A DNA stretch of 64,000 bases from an uncultured bacterium (GTDB lineage: Bacteria > RBG-13-61-14 > DATKZS01): assembly GCA_964650485.1 (NCBI GenBank), contig CAZYTX010000014.1:3890-67889 (forward strand). Direction: 5' to 3'. Position 1 is the first letter of the stretch. Every line of letters begins with the position of its first letter. This document shows, piece by piece, positions 18,554 to 28,381 of the stretch. Under the pieces are notes generated by a model that made no database searches, had not been told where the DNA came from, and was given only the letters and a program-made list of their open reading frames with translations. A program made the position numbers and the translations under genes.

Positions 18554-18961
18554 TAAAATCAGATTAGAACCTTGGCTGAAAGCTCGAAACTATAATCCCT
18601 GTTCTACGCGGTGCCTGAAATCTCCCTCTGAGAGAAGTTTTGCTTGCCCAAAGCTGATAGCGGACGCTGATTTTGAGCCGGGGACTTCCGGAATGGTGCT
18701 CGCTTTTTTTCGGAAGAAGCATGATCAAAACTTATTACATATCAAACAGCCCGCAAAACTTCAAAGAAAACATCTATCCATCCGCCCAACACCTTGATTA
18801 TATTCGTGTTTTTATGCGCGATCCCCGGACGCACCCCTTTTTAAGAAATCTGTGCTTAAGAGTTTTTAATGAAACAAATCAGGCACTTAGACATATAAAT
18901 ACCGTTGTGCGGTCCGGTCATGTGCCGGTTCACATTTTCATGCAAACAGGGGGAAGGATGC

Positions 18962-19465
18962 ATGCAAGAGTCAATTTTTGATGAATTCAAGGTGGGTGAC
19001 ATAGCTGTTTATCCTGCCCACGGCGTCACGGTGGTGGAGGGCATCGAGAACAAGGAGATTTCCGGGAGCAGCCAGATTTTCTACATACTCCGCCTGCTGG
19101 AGAACGACACCACCATAATGATCCCCCAGGAGAACGCCGGGATCGTGGGTCTGCGCGGCGTGATAAACAGGCGCGAGGTGCACGAGGTCTACCGCATACT
19201 CAGGAAAAAGAAGAACCGTGCTAAAAGCCAGACCTGGAACCGCAGGCACAGGAGGTACATGGAGAAGATCAAGTCCGGGAGCGTGTACGAGATCGCAGAG
19301 GTTCTCCGGGACCTCTACCTGTTAAAGCTAAACAAGGACCTGAGCTTCGGAGAGAGAAAAGTGCTCGATACCGCCAGGAGCCTGCTGATAAAAGAGCTCT
19401 CCATAGCAAAGAACTCCAAGGAGAGCAAGATAGAGAAGGAGATAGAAAAGATATTCCACGCCTGA
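18962..19465 (+). CDS. carD: CarD/CdnL-family RNA-polymerase-binding transcription factor
   Basis: MQESIFDEFKVGDIAVYPAHGVTVVEGIE...IFYILRL...RRYMEKIKSGSVYEIAEVLRDL. GGGGGAAGG lies upstream of the ATG at 18962. The listed ORF start at 18905 is an upstream extension. Confidence 0.9.
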   Translation: MQESIFDEFKVGDIAVYPAHGVTVVEGIENKEISGSSQIFYILRLLENDTTIMIPQENAGIVGLRGVINRREVHEVYRILRKKKNRAKSQTWNRRHRRYMEKIKSGSVYEIAEVLRDLYLLKLNKDLSFGERKVLDTARSLLIKELSIAKNSKESKIEKEIEKIFHA

Positions 19466-19487
19466 AATAATAAATATGAACTCCAGG

Positions 19488-19521
19488 GCCCGCCCCCAAG
19501 AAACAGGGGCGGGTTCTTTTT
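19488..19521 (+). terminator. Rho-independent terminator after carD
   Basis: GCCCGCCCC-caagaaaca-GGGGCGGGT, a 9-bp stem including one G-U pair, followed by TCTTTTT. Confidence 0.75.
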
Positions 19522-19583
19522 ATTGTATTGCGCAGAGGAACCTGATATGGTGCGCTTTTGGAAGCCCGAAGGAGCCCGATTCC

Positions 19584-20870
19584 GTGAACAGGAAAGCAAT
19601 AATGTTTGTGCTCGCGCTTTTGTTGCCGGCGGCAGCTAGCGGTTCTTCTCCCGCGGCGGACGGGTTCATACTTGGTGTTAGCCAGGGCGCTTCTGAGGCA
19701 ATCCCTGTCATGCGTGAGCTGGGCATCAAGTGGGGCCGCATGAGCATATCATGGAATGACGTGACCCCTGGGATTGAAGAGCCTTTCCCGCGGCTTGATG
19801 ACGTTATAGACAGCCGGGAGGCTGTTATCGAGTTCTCCCGGGGAGTTGACTGGACCGATGCTGACAGGCGTCTCAGATACAGGCTGGAGAACGGAATCAC
19901 CCCGATTCCCATCATAGGAAGCGGCTGGCATACGTCCTACCCCCGCTACAAGGGCGCCAAGGCGCACCCGGAGGCTGTGGGGCCCGAGCATTACCTGGCC
20001 TTCATGTACATCTACGTCCGTTCCACGGTGGAGCGCTACGACGGCGACGGGTTCCTGGATGCGGAAGATATTGTCATAAAGCTCTGGCAGACCGAGAACG
20101 AGCTCAACCAGGCGGGCCTGACCGCGGCCTGGGGATGGCGCGACCCCACGTGGTTCAAGGGGCTTCGCTCCTCATGGAACGACTGGGACTGGCTCACCCG
20201 GCTGCTTGGCATACTTTACCGGGCCGTACACGACGCCGACCCCGAGGCCATCACCTACATGAACTTCCACACCGACATACACCCCCGCATGAACCGGCTG
20301 TTTGGCTCTCCCCACTGGGAGCAGGCTGTCCGGGACTGGAAGGACCTCATGGACGTTATAGGTTTTGACGCCTACCCCAACTACTACACCGCAGACCCGG
20401 TCCGTGGCGAGGTCGTGGGCGAACGGGTTGCGAGGATAAAGGAGCTGGCGCCCGGCAAGAAGGTGATGGTGATCGAGGTGGACTACCCTTATGCTCCCGC
20501 TGTGCGCGGCTTCTCGCCTGAGAAGCAGGCCCGGTTCCTTGGCGCCTCGTATGAAGCGGCAAGGCAGGCTGGCGCGGACGGGTACTTCAAGTTCCGGGTG
20601 ATGGACCCGGGAAAGCACGAAGTGGACATCACCGAAAAGGACCTTGCAAACCTCGAAAAGATCGTGCCCTGGTACGAGCAGGGGAAGATGTGGCGGCTGC
20701 TCTTCTGGGCCCTGCCCAGGTATGCTTACGTGCGCGACCATTTCTTGGACGTGCTCAAGTCCGTGGAGGGCAACTGGGGGGTGATTGACCAGCACGGCAA
20801 CAAGCTCCCGGCTTATTACGTGCTAGAGGACATGGTGGAGCAAAGCCGCAAGGGGCGGACCCATCAGTAA
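19584..20870 (+). CDS. Secreted clan GH-A-like glycoside hydrolase (TIM barrel), family not assigned
   Basis: The GTG at 19584 has GAAGGAG 9 nt upstream. Signal peptide NRKAIMFVLALLLPAAASG. WQTENELNQ is an NE acid/base-like motif and MVIEVDYP is nucleophile-like. The listed start at 19476 would include the carD terminator. Confidence 0.6.
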   Translation: MNRKAIMFVLALLLPAAASGSSPAADGFILGVSQGASEAIPVMRELGIKWGRMSISWNDVTPGIEEPFPRLDDVIDSREAVIEFSRGVDWTDADRRLRYRLENGITPIPIIGSGWHTSYPRYKGAKAHPEAVGPEHYLAFMYIYVRSTVERYDGDGFLDAEDIVIKLWQTENELNQAGLTAAWGWRDPTWFKGLRSSWNDWDWLTRLLGILYRAVHDADPEAITYMNFHTDIHPRMNRLFGSPHWEQAVRDWKDLMDVIGFDAYPNYYTADPVRGEVVGERVARIKELAPGKKVMVIEVDYPYAPAVRGFSPEKQARFLGASYEAARQAGADGYFKFRVMDPGKHEVDITEKDLANLEKIVPWYEQGKMWRLLFWALPRYAYVRDHFLDVLKSVEGNWGVIDQHGNKLPAYYVLEDMVEQSRKGRTHQ

Positions 20871-20931
20871 AGCTTTGCCAGGACCAGTTAGCCCGTTCTA
20901 AAATGCAGGGCAGAAAAAATACAAGGAGCGC

Positions 20932-22161
20932 ATGATGATTGACCTGAACCTGACCTCCGAGCAGAGGCTGATAAGAGAGGTGACAAGGAAGTTCTGCGAG
21001 CGCGAGATCGAGCCTGTGACAGCTCTCCTGGACGAGCACAAGATGCTGCCTTACGACCTTATCCGCAGGTTTATCCAGGAGGTCCAGGGCGGCGAGGTCC
21101 TGGAGACCGCGGACGACCTCTACGACCTTCACATGAGCCGCGATTTCCTCTCAAAAGCCTTGGTGTCAATCGAGCTGTCAAGGTCCTGTCCCGGGTTCGT
21201 GCTCTCCATGGGCTCGAGCCTGGAGCTGTGCGGGTACGCCATATACTATGCCGGCGCCCGCGAGCAGGTGGAGCGATGGGCCCTGCCCATATACCGGGGA
21301 GAAAAGGTCGGCTCATGGGGACTGACCGAGCCCGAGGCCGGCTCGGACGTGCAAAGCCTGAGGTCAACTGCCAGGCCCGACGGGGACCACTACGTGCTCA
21401 GCGGCCAGAAGACCTTTATCTCAAACGCGCCATACGCTGACACCATGGTCATATACGCCAAGGCCCCCGCTGGCATAACCGCGTTCGTGCTGGAGCGGGG
21501 CATGGAAGGGCTGTCCTTCAGCGAGCCCTTTGACAAGATGGGGCACAGGGCGTCTCCCACCGGCGCCATATACATGGAAGACGTAAAGGTGCCGAAAGAG
21601 AACCTGCTTGGAGAGGAGGGCAAGGGGTTCTGGTACGCGTTAAACAACTTGAACCACGAGAGGGCCTACACCCCCTGCCTGATGATAGGCGGGATGGAGA
21701 GGTGCATCGAGGAGGCTGTAAAGTTCGCAAAAGAGAGGGTGCAGTTCGGAAAGCCCATAATCAAGTTCCAGGGCATCCAGTTCATGCTGGCCAGGATGTG
21801 GACCAAGCTGATGGCATCATACAGCATGCTCTTCACCCTGGGGGAGATGGAGGACAAGGGCATGGACATGACCGCCATGGCCAGCGCGGCCAAGCTCTTC
21901 TCCACTGAGTCGGCCACCCAGGTGGCGCTCGACGCCATACAGATTATGGGCGGCTACGGGTACATGAAGGAGTACAAGGTGGAGAGGTTCATGAGGGACG
22001 CAAAGCTCATGGAGATCGGGGCCGGCACCAGCCAGATACAGATGCTCATAATGGCTCGCCAGCTCATGAGGGCCGACCCGCTGGAGCTATCCCCGGCATT
22101 TGCCGGGCCCGCCCTGTTCGACAGGGTCCCGGAATGGGCAAAAAGCGAAAACAAGGATTAA
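20932..22161 (+). CDS. Acyl-CoA dehydrogenase, isovaleryl-CoA-dehydrogenase-like subtype
   Basis: LTEPEAGSDV. The C-terminal MEIGAGTSQIQMLIMAR resembles the IVD-type EIGAGT motif. LNHER is in the position of the alternative catalytic Glu. Confidence 0.88.
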   Translation: MMIDLNLTSEQRLIREVTRKFCEREIEPVTALLDEHKMLPYDLIRRFIQEVQGGEVLETADDLYDLHMSRDFLSKALVSIELSRSCPGFVLSMGSSLELCGYAIYYAGAREQVERWALPIYRGEKVGSWGLTEPEAGSDVQSLRSTARPDGDHYVLSGQKTFISNAPYADTMVIYAKAPAGITAFVLERGMEGLSFSEPFDKMGHRASPTGAIYMEDVKVPKENLLGEEGKGFWYALNNLNHERAYTPCLMIGGMERCIEEAVKFAKERVQFGKPIIKFQGIQFMLARMWTKLMASYSMLFTLGEMEDKGMDMTAMASAAKLFSTESATQVALDAIQIMGGYGYMKEYKVERFMRDAKLMEIGAGTSQIQMLIMARQLMRADPLELSPAFAGPALFDRVPEWAKSENKD

Positions 22162-22187
22162 GCCGTCCTGCCGGAGGTTTATACTAG

Positions 22188-23729
22188 ATGAACCTTGCCA
22201 AGCTGCTAACCGAGAACGTGTCCAGGTTCGGCGAGTACCCGCTCATCCATTTCCAGGGCGAGTCCATCACAAACACCGAGCTGGACCAGCTCGTGAACCG
22301 GGTGGCGTCGGGGCTCTCCGAGTTGGGGGTAAAGGCCGGCGACCGGGTGACACTGGTAATGGGCAACTCCACCTACATGGTGGCCTCCATGATGGCGTGC
22401 TTCAAGCTGGGTGCATGGGCCATGCCCGTGGTGCTCAGCCTGAAGACCTCCGAGCTCTTCCTGGTACTGAGAGACGCGGAGCCCACCACAGTGATAGCGC
22501 ACAGGCTCTTCGCGGAGAGCATCATGGAGACCGTGAAGAACACCTCGAGCCTGCGCTACAGGATAATGGCGGGGAGGGGGCCGGTGCCACAGGGATGGAG
22601 ACACTGGGAAGACTGGATAGTGGGACAGACAAACGTGTTTGAGAGCAAGGACTGCGAGCCAGAGGACGTGGCTTTGCTGCTCTACACCTCCGGGACCACG
22701 GGAGAGCCCAAAGGGGTCATGCTATCGCACATGAACCTGTACGCAAACTCCATAAACAGCGCAGCCTCGCAGGGGCTCACCCAGGGAGAGATCACTCTGC
22801 TGGGGCTGCCTTTGAATCACTCATTCGGCATCACCGCCTGGCTCGCGGCCCTCTCATACGGCATGCAGGTGGTGCTCATGAAGAGGTTCGACCCGGAGGA
22901 GGCCCTCGGCCTGATCGAGAAGCACGAGGTGGAGAGCGCGGCCATGGTGCCCACAATGCTGGCGTTTCTTCTCCAGGCCGCGAAGACGGGCCGGTTCGAC
23001 ACCTCTTCCCTGCACCGCATAGTGGTAGGGGGGGCGCCTCTATCGCGGAGGCTGAGAGCTAGGTTCGAACAGGCATTCACCGAGGTCGAGATCCTCGAGG
23101 CATACGGCCTTACCGAGGCCAGCCCCGGGGTGACAGTGACCAGGCCGGGTACGCAAAAAAGGCCCGGCTCAGTGGGACAGACCGTCGAGAACCAGGAGAT
23201 ATGCATTATGGACTCCAAAGACAACCCCCTGCCGCCGGGCGAGGTGGGCGAGGTCTGCACACGCGGTCCCCACGTGATGCAGGGATATTACATGAGGCCC
23301 GAGGAGACCGGGGCCATAATAAGGAACGGGTGGCTGCATACAGGGGACGCCGGATACATTGACGAGGAGGGGCACCTCTACCTCACCGAGCGGCTCAAAG
23401 ACCTCATCATCAGGGGAGGCGAGAACGTATACCCCTCGGATATCGAGCGGGTCATAAGGCAGATGAACGCCGTGGCCGAGGTCTCGGTCATAGGAGTGCC
23501 GGACGAGGTCTACGGCGAGCAGGTAGCAGCGGTGGTGGTCCCCAAGAGGGACGCCAAGGTCACCGAGCAAGAGATAATTAGCCTGTGCAGGGAAAGGCTC
23601 GCTCCTTTCCAGGTGCCCTCCCAGGTCATCTTCGCGCCCATACTCCCAAAGACCCCCTTGGGCAAGGTGAGGAAAAAGGACCTGAGAAGCCAAGTCTCTG
23701 GGGCAATAGGACACGGAGACGAGCAGTGA
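22188..23729 (+). CDS. AMP-dependent acyl-CoA synthetase/ligase
   Basis: LLYTSGTTGEPKGVMLSH and GWLHTGDAGYIDEEGHLYLTERLKDLIIRGGENVYP. Confidence 0.9.
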   Translation: MNLAKLLTENVSRFGEYPLIHFQGESITNTELDQLVNRVASGLSELGVKAGDRVTLVMGNSTYMVASMMACFKLGAWAMPVVLSLKTSELFLVLRDAEPTTVIAHRLFAESIMETVKNTSSLRYRIMAGRGPVPQGWRHWEDWIVGQTNVFESKDCEPEDVALLLYTSGTTGEPKGVMLSHMNLYANSINSAASQGLTQGEITLLGLPLNHSFGITAWLAALSYGMQVVLMKRFDPEEALGLIEKHEVESAAMVPTMLAFLLQAAKTGRFDTSSLHRIVVGGAPLSRRLRARFEQAFTEVEILEAYGLTEASPGVTVTRPGTQKRPGSVGQTVENQEICIMDSKDNPLPPGEVGEVCTRGPHVMQGYYMRPEETGAIIRNGWLHTGDAGYIDEEGHLYLTERLKDLIIRGGENVYPSDIERVIRQMNAVAEVSVIGVPDEVYGEQVAAVVVPKRDAKVTEQEIISLCRERLAPFQVPSQVIFAPILPKTPLGKVRKKDLRSQVSGAIGHGDEQ

Positions 23730-24352
23730 AGCCAAGGCTAAGAAGAGAGCAGATACTAAGCGCTGCCACATCGGTGTTTGCGGCAAAGGGATATCAGAGG
23801 GCGAGCGTGACTGACATAATAAACGCCGCGGGCATAGCAAGGGGCACATTCTACCTGTACTTCGAGGGAAAGCGGGAGATATTCGCCGAGCTGGTGGACG
23901 TGCTTTTGGTAAGGCTCACAAACTGCATGAGAAGGGTGGACCTCGCACCCGGCAACCCGCCATGGACCGAGCAGATAAGGGCCAACGTGACCAGGATCGC
24001 GACCATCCTAGCCGAGGAGCGCGAGCTGACCATGATCCTCTACAACCACGCCATGGGCCTGGACGAGGACTTCGACAAAAAGATACAGGAGTTCTACCAG
24101 GCCATAACTGCGCGCACCGAGGCGGCTTTCAGACTGGGCCAGGAAATGGGCCTTCTGAGAAATGACCTGGACCCAAGGCTGGCCGCCTATCACCTGGTGG
24201 GCAGCGTAAAGGAGGTCATGTACCACTCGGCAAGGGGGGGGCTGGACATGCCCGTGGAAGGCCTGGTCAAAGAGCTTATGAGCTACTCCACCGAGGGTAT
24301 CCTGGAAAAGGCGCCCCGGAAAAAAGGGGCACGAAGTAAAAAACGTAGATGA
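23726..24352 (+). CDS. TetR/AcrR-family transcriptional regulator
   Basis: The GTG at 23726 overlaps the ligase stop (GTGA). HTH RASVTDIINAAGIARGTFYLYFEGK. The listed ORF start at 23585 lies inside the ligase gene. Confidence 0.85.
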   Translation: MKPRLRREQILSAATSVFAAKGYQRASVTDIINAAGIARGTFYLYFEGKREIFAELVDVLLVRLTNCMRRVDLAPGNPPWTEQIRANVTRIATILAEERELTMILYNHAMGLDEDFDKKIQEFYQAITARTEAAFRLGQEMGLLRNDLDPRLAAYHLVGSVKEVMYHSARGGLDMPVEGLVKELMSYSTEGILEKAPRKKGARSKKRR

Positions 24353-26472
24353 CCCGTGTTAAAACCCACGACACCCCGGACCTTGTATTGCCCGCTCCAT
24401 GGAGCGTTGAGAAAGGGCCGGGGCAGTACCGGCCAAAAGACCCCCCCCTGCTCACGGTCAGCGGGTACTCCCGGGACATAGAGCCTCTGACAAAGGCCCT
24501 CTCAATCCGTTGCGGGACCGGGCGAGACAAGTCCGGGCCGGGGAAACGACCGCTCCTCGTGCTGGGGGACCCCAGCGACCTAGCCGGGCCGCTCGGGCGG
24601 CTTGAAGAAATGCTCGGCAATATAGCCCGCCGCTCCCTGAAAGAACAGGCATATATTATCGAGGTGCGGCCCTCCGGAGTGATGGCCGCGGCAGGGGGCG
24701 AGCCCGGGCTGTTCCACGCCGCAATCACCCTGGGCCACCTGGTCTCGCCGGAAGGGGCACTGCCCTGCTGCTCCATTCTCGACCGGCCGGCCCTGGCCCG
24801 TCGGGCAATGTTGGTGGACCTCTCCAGGGGAAGGGTGCCAAGGCCCGGTGCCCTGCGTAAACTTGTGGACCTGGCCGCGGCGCTTAAATACAACCAGCTC
24901 ACCTTCAACATCGAGCACGTCTTTCCATGCCCGGCCAGGCCCGAAATAGGCAAGGGCCACGACCCCCTAACCCCCGATGACCTAGCCGACCTGGACCAGT
25001 ACGCGCATGAGAGATGCGTTGAGATAATACCCTTCCAGCAGTCACTGGGCCACATGAGGGGCATACTTTCCCTGCCCGGGTACAGGGGCCTCGCGTTCGA
25101 CAAGGAGCTGCTCTGGTCCCTGGACCCCTCAAACGATAAAATATACGAGGTCCTCTCCGACCTCTACGACGCCCAGATAAACGCCACACGCTCTTCCATG
25201 TTCCACGCCGGGTGCGACGAGCCCTTTGACATACTGAAAAATTTCGAGCCTGCGAGGTGGGGCGGACGGACACCCGGCCGGGTCATCAGCGACCACCTCA
25301 CAAGGCTCCACCAAATGCTATCGCAAAAGGGCCGCACCATGATGGCATGGGCCGACGCGGTGCTTTCCCAGCCCGAGGCACTGCCCCTGCTGCCGGACGA
25401 TCTGGTGCTCTGCATCTGGATGTACGGGAGCGGCGACCTGGAAGGCCCGGAACATTACAGGAAAAGCATCGAGCCGGTCGCGGAGAGGGGGCTGCCTTTC
25501 TACGCCTGCACCTCTTCCTGGAGCCTGATGAAGCTCTTCCCGGACCTCGCGGTCATGCGCGCCAACCACGACTCCTTCATACCCGAGGCCAAGCGACTGG
25601 GGGCCATGGGAGCAATGATCACCGTGTGGGGCGACATGGGCCACATGAACCTGCCCGGCCTGGAGCCTTATCCGCTTGCGTATGGGGCCAGACATTTCTG
25701 GGAGGATGCGCCGAACAACGGGACCGATTTCGACCGGGCCTTCTCCTGGACCCTGCTGAGAGGCGCGGCCGGGGCGTCCGCACAGCTTTGCGGGACACTC
25801 GATGAAGTAAACCGGGTGCTGAAAGGGCCCGCGGGCATGGCAGGAGTGGGGTTCCTGCTGTTGTTCGAGGAGCCGCTCTCCACAGGCTTTCTTGCAAACA
25901 AGGATGCAGCAAAGGGACCGCCCGCCAAAGCGCAGAGACTGGCGGAAGCCGCGCACGCGCTCGCCGGGGCCTCCGAGAAGGCCCGCGGCCTGCTCTCGGA
26001 GATGGCCATACGGAGCTGTATCGCGCCCGGGTTCGCAGCGGACCGGTGGTGGCTGGACCAGCACCTCCCGGCCCTGCAGCTCCAGGCCCTGGCGACAAAG
26101 CTTCTTCTGGCAAGCCATCTCAGCAAGCACTGGCCGGAGCGAGAAAAGTCCGGGGAATTCGATGAAGTACTGGAGACCGCGGCCGGCTTATGCGACTTTG
26201 CCGCGAGGCTGCTCAAGGTGTGTTGCCTCATCCTCAAGGGAAGGTGGCTATCCAGCTCAAAGTACTCTGACCTGGACTTGAACCTGGCAAGGTACGAGAG
26301 GCTCATTGACGCATGGGACAAGCGCGCCGTACAGTTCAGGTCATACAGACAAGACCTGCAAAACGGCAAGCTGCCCGCAGACATGCCTGGACTCGAGACC
26401 TTGACAGCCCTTTCACCCTCGGGCTACTCTTTTGACATGCTTGCGGAGATGGGGCTCAAGGGCCTGCTTTAA
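24349..26472 (+). CDS. Glycoside hydrolase family 20-like protein (beta-N-acetylhexosaminidase-like)
   Basis: ATGA overlap with the TetR stop. LKYNQLTFNIEH and HAGCDEP (H-x-G-x-D-E motif). It has a long alpha-helical C-terminal extension. Confidence 0.65.
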   Translation: MTRVKTHDTPDLVLPAPWSVEKGPGQYRPKDPPLLTVSGYSRDIEPLTKALSIRCGTGRDKSGPGKRPLLVLGDPSDLAGPLGRLEEMLGNIARRSLKEQAYIIEVRPSGVMAAAGGEPGLFHAAITLGHLVSPEGALPCCSILDRPALARRAMLVDLSRGRVPRPGALRKLVDLAAALKYNQLTFNIEHVFPCPARPEIGKGHDPLTPDDLADLDQYAHERCVEIIPFQQSLGHMRGILSLPGYRGLAFDKELLWSLDPSNDKIYEVLSDLYDAQINATRSSMFHAGCDEPFDILKNFEPARWGGRTPGRVISDHLTRLHQMLSQKGRTMMAWADAVLSQPEALPLLPDDLVLCIWMYGSGDLEGPEHYRKSIEPVAERGLPFYACTSSWSLMKLFPDLAVMRANHDSFIPEAKRLGAMGAMITVWGDMGHMNLPGLEPYPLAYGARHFWEDAPNNGTDFDRAFSWTLLRGAAGASAQLCGTLDEVNRVLKGPAGMAGVGFLLLFEEPLSTGFLANKDAAKGPPAKAQRLAEAAHALAGASEKARGLLSEMAIRSCIAPGFAADRWWLDQHLPALQLQALATKLLLASHLSKHWPEREKSGEFDEVLETAAGLCDFAARLLKVCCLILKGRWLSSSKYSDLDLNLARYERLIDAWDKRAVQFRSYRQDLQNGKLPADMPGLETLTALSPSGYSFDMLAEMGLKGLL

Positions 26473-26508
26473 TACTTACAAACATAGAAACCGGAAAGGG
26501 AGTGGAGC

Positions 26509-27831
26509 ATGGAAGAGGTCAAGATACCGTGGGGCGGGGATGAGCGGCTGCCGCTGTCAATCCCTCCGGGCTGGAGGGTGGTGGCACAGGGCGAGGCGTC
26601 GGCCCGGGAGCGCTTCCAGGACCTTGCCGGGGCCATACGCGAGCGTCTGGACCAACCGGTGGGATCGCCTCCACTGCGCGAGCTCGTAAAGCCCGACTCG
26701 AAGATCGCTCTCATCATGGACGACCCGGGAAGGCCCACCCCGGTGCACAAGCTGGCCGCGCCCGTGCTGGATTACCTCCTTGAAGCCGGCGCCAGGCCCG
26801 AGAACGTGACAGGCCTGTTCGCCATCGGCACCCACGCCATGATGAGCGACCAGGAGATGAGGGCCCGGGCGGGTGAGTCGGTTGCCGGGCGCATCGAGCT
26901 TCGCTGCTTCGACTGCAACGACCAGTCGGCCTTTGTACGCCTCGGCCGCACCGGTCGCGGCACCGAGGTGATGTTGAACCGGCTGGCGGTTGAGGCCGAC
27001 TTGCGTGTGCTCATCGGCACCATCGAGGCCCATCCCCAGGCCGGGTTCGGGGGTGGTTACAAGAACATCCTCCCCGGCCTGGCCGCGGGCAAGAGCATAG
27101 GCCACAACCACCTCATAACACCCTCTCCGGAGGCCTACAACATGATAGGCACTCTCCCGGAGGAAAATCCCATGCGCCTTGACCTGGAGGAAGCAGGGAG
27201 GATGATAAAGGGCCCCACCTTCATACTGAACTCTATACTGGACCCGGGCCTTGCGCCGGTGGCACTGGTGGCCGGGGACGCGGTCAAGGCCCACCGCGAG
27301 GGGGTGAGGCTCTCGCGCGAGATGTACGGGGTGCGCCTGCCGGGCAAAGCCGACGTGGTCATAGCCAGCGCCTATCCCATGGACCAGGACCTGCGTCAGG
27401 CTGGCAAGGCGGTGCTGAACGTGGCCGGGGCCTGCCGGCCGGGAGGTGTGATAGTGGTTTTCATGAGGTGCGAGCAGGGTCTTGGCAACGTTGGCCTTCC
27501 CAGGTTCGCTGCCCCCCTGTCCCTGGTGCGGGGGGTGACAAAACTCCTTGGCAGCAGGGGCATCTTTTTCATAAGCAGCCACCTTCCCTCCGCTGTCCCG
27601 GTGGAGGCCCGCTTCCTGGTCAACATGGGCCTGCAGATGATGAAGGACAGTCAGGTGCTGCTATTCTCTCCCAGGCTGAAAGAGGTTGCCGCGGACAGGT
27701 TCCCGCCTGTGCTCTTCGATGACCAGAGGTCTTTGTTTGCCGAGGCGGGCCGCTTAACGGGCAAGGATGCGCCGGAGGTGGCTGTGATCCATCAGGGCGG
27801 GGTCAGCTTCCCGGTGTTTTCCGGCCCCTGA
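26509..27831 (+). CDS. LarA-like (DUF2088) lactate-racemase-family protein
   Basis: KIALIMDDPGRPTP...LFAIGTHAMM...IEAHPQAGFGGGYKNILPG are characteristic of the LarA N-terminal domain. No larB, larC or larE genes are nearby. Confidence 0.72.
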   Translation: MEEVKIPWGGDERLPLSIPPGWRVVAQGEASARERFQDLAGAIRERLDQPVGSPPLRELVKPDSKIALIMDDPGRPTPVHKLAAPVLDYLLEAGARPENVTGLFAIGTHAMMSDQEMRARAGESVAGRIELRCFDCNDQSAFVRLGRTGRGTEVMLNRLAVEADLRVLIGTIEAHPQAGFGGGYKNILPGLAAGKSIGHNHLITPSPEAYNMIGTLPEENPMRLDLEEAGRMIKGPTFILNSILDPGLAPVALVAGDAVKAHREGVRLSREMYGVRLPGKADVVIASAYPMDQDLRQAGKAVLNVAGACRPGGVIVVFMRCEQGLGNVGLPRFAAPLSLVRGVTKLLGSRGIFFISSHLPSAVPVEARFLVNMGLQMMKDSQVLLFSPRLKEVAADRFPPVLFDDQRSLFAEAGRLTGKDAPEVAVIHQGGVSFPVFSGP

Positions 27832-28304
27832 CATGCGAGCGCCTTGTCCATGAGGTAGGCGTCCCGGCCGGGTCCGTAGTAGCCCTGGAGCACGGCCCTG
27901 GTGAAAAAGCCCCATTTCCTGTAGAGGGCGGTTCCCGCCCGGTTGTCAACCGCCACCTGGAGGATTATCCTCACAACGCCCCTCTGGCAGGCCCTGTCCT
28001 CGATGTGCCCCATGAGCACGTCGCCGATGCCTTTGCCCCGCTTCCCCGGGTGCACGTCAATGGTGACGAGCTGTGCGGCTCGGGGGCCGGCGTAATACAC
28101 CATGTAGAATGCGGCCAGCCGCCCGCGCTCGAATGCTCCCGCGCACTCGCAGTCCGGGTCCTGGAGGTAGCTTAGGAAGGTCTCCCTGCCAAAGGCCGTC
28201 TCCGGCGGGAAGCAGAGCCTGTCCAGCTCGGTCACGGCATCGAGGTCATCTGTGGAGAGTCTTCGGAGGACTATGGAAGGTTCTTCTCTTATAAGCTTGG
28301 GCAT
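27792..28304 (-). CDS. GNAT-family N-acetyltransferase (RimI-like)
   Basis: 170 aa. VHPGKRGKGIG acetyl-CoA motif and ALYRKWGF. Confidence 0.8.
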   Translation of the reverse strand: MPKLIREEPSIVLRRLSTDDLDAVTELDRLCFPPETAFGRETFLSYLQDPDCECAGAFERGRLAAFYMVYYAGPRAAQLVTIDVHPGKRGKGIGDVLMGHIEDRACQRGVVRIILQVAVDNRAGTALYRKWGFFTRAVLQGYYGPGRDAYLMDKALACQGPENTGKLTPP

Positions 28305-28381
28305 TGTTCAGGTGTGGGGTGTGAGGTTTGAATTTTGGGGCTCTTGCGAATCATATTTTCGTCGAGTTCAAGCTCTAACCG

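Noticed and set aside
18519-18981. ORFs of 92 and 102 aa in the AT-rich spacer upstream of carD.
   Set aside because: They have no RBS, implausible composition (Cys, His and Arg-rich, with atypical codon usage for this genome), and the second overlaps the carD start. I treat the spacer as non-coding.
27792-27831. A 40-nt convergent overlap between the LarA-like and GNAT genes.
   Set aside because: Both ORFs are well supported, and overlaps of convergent 3' ends occur in compact genomes. Nothing further distinguishes the site.
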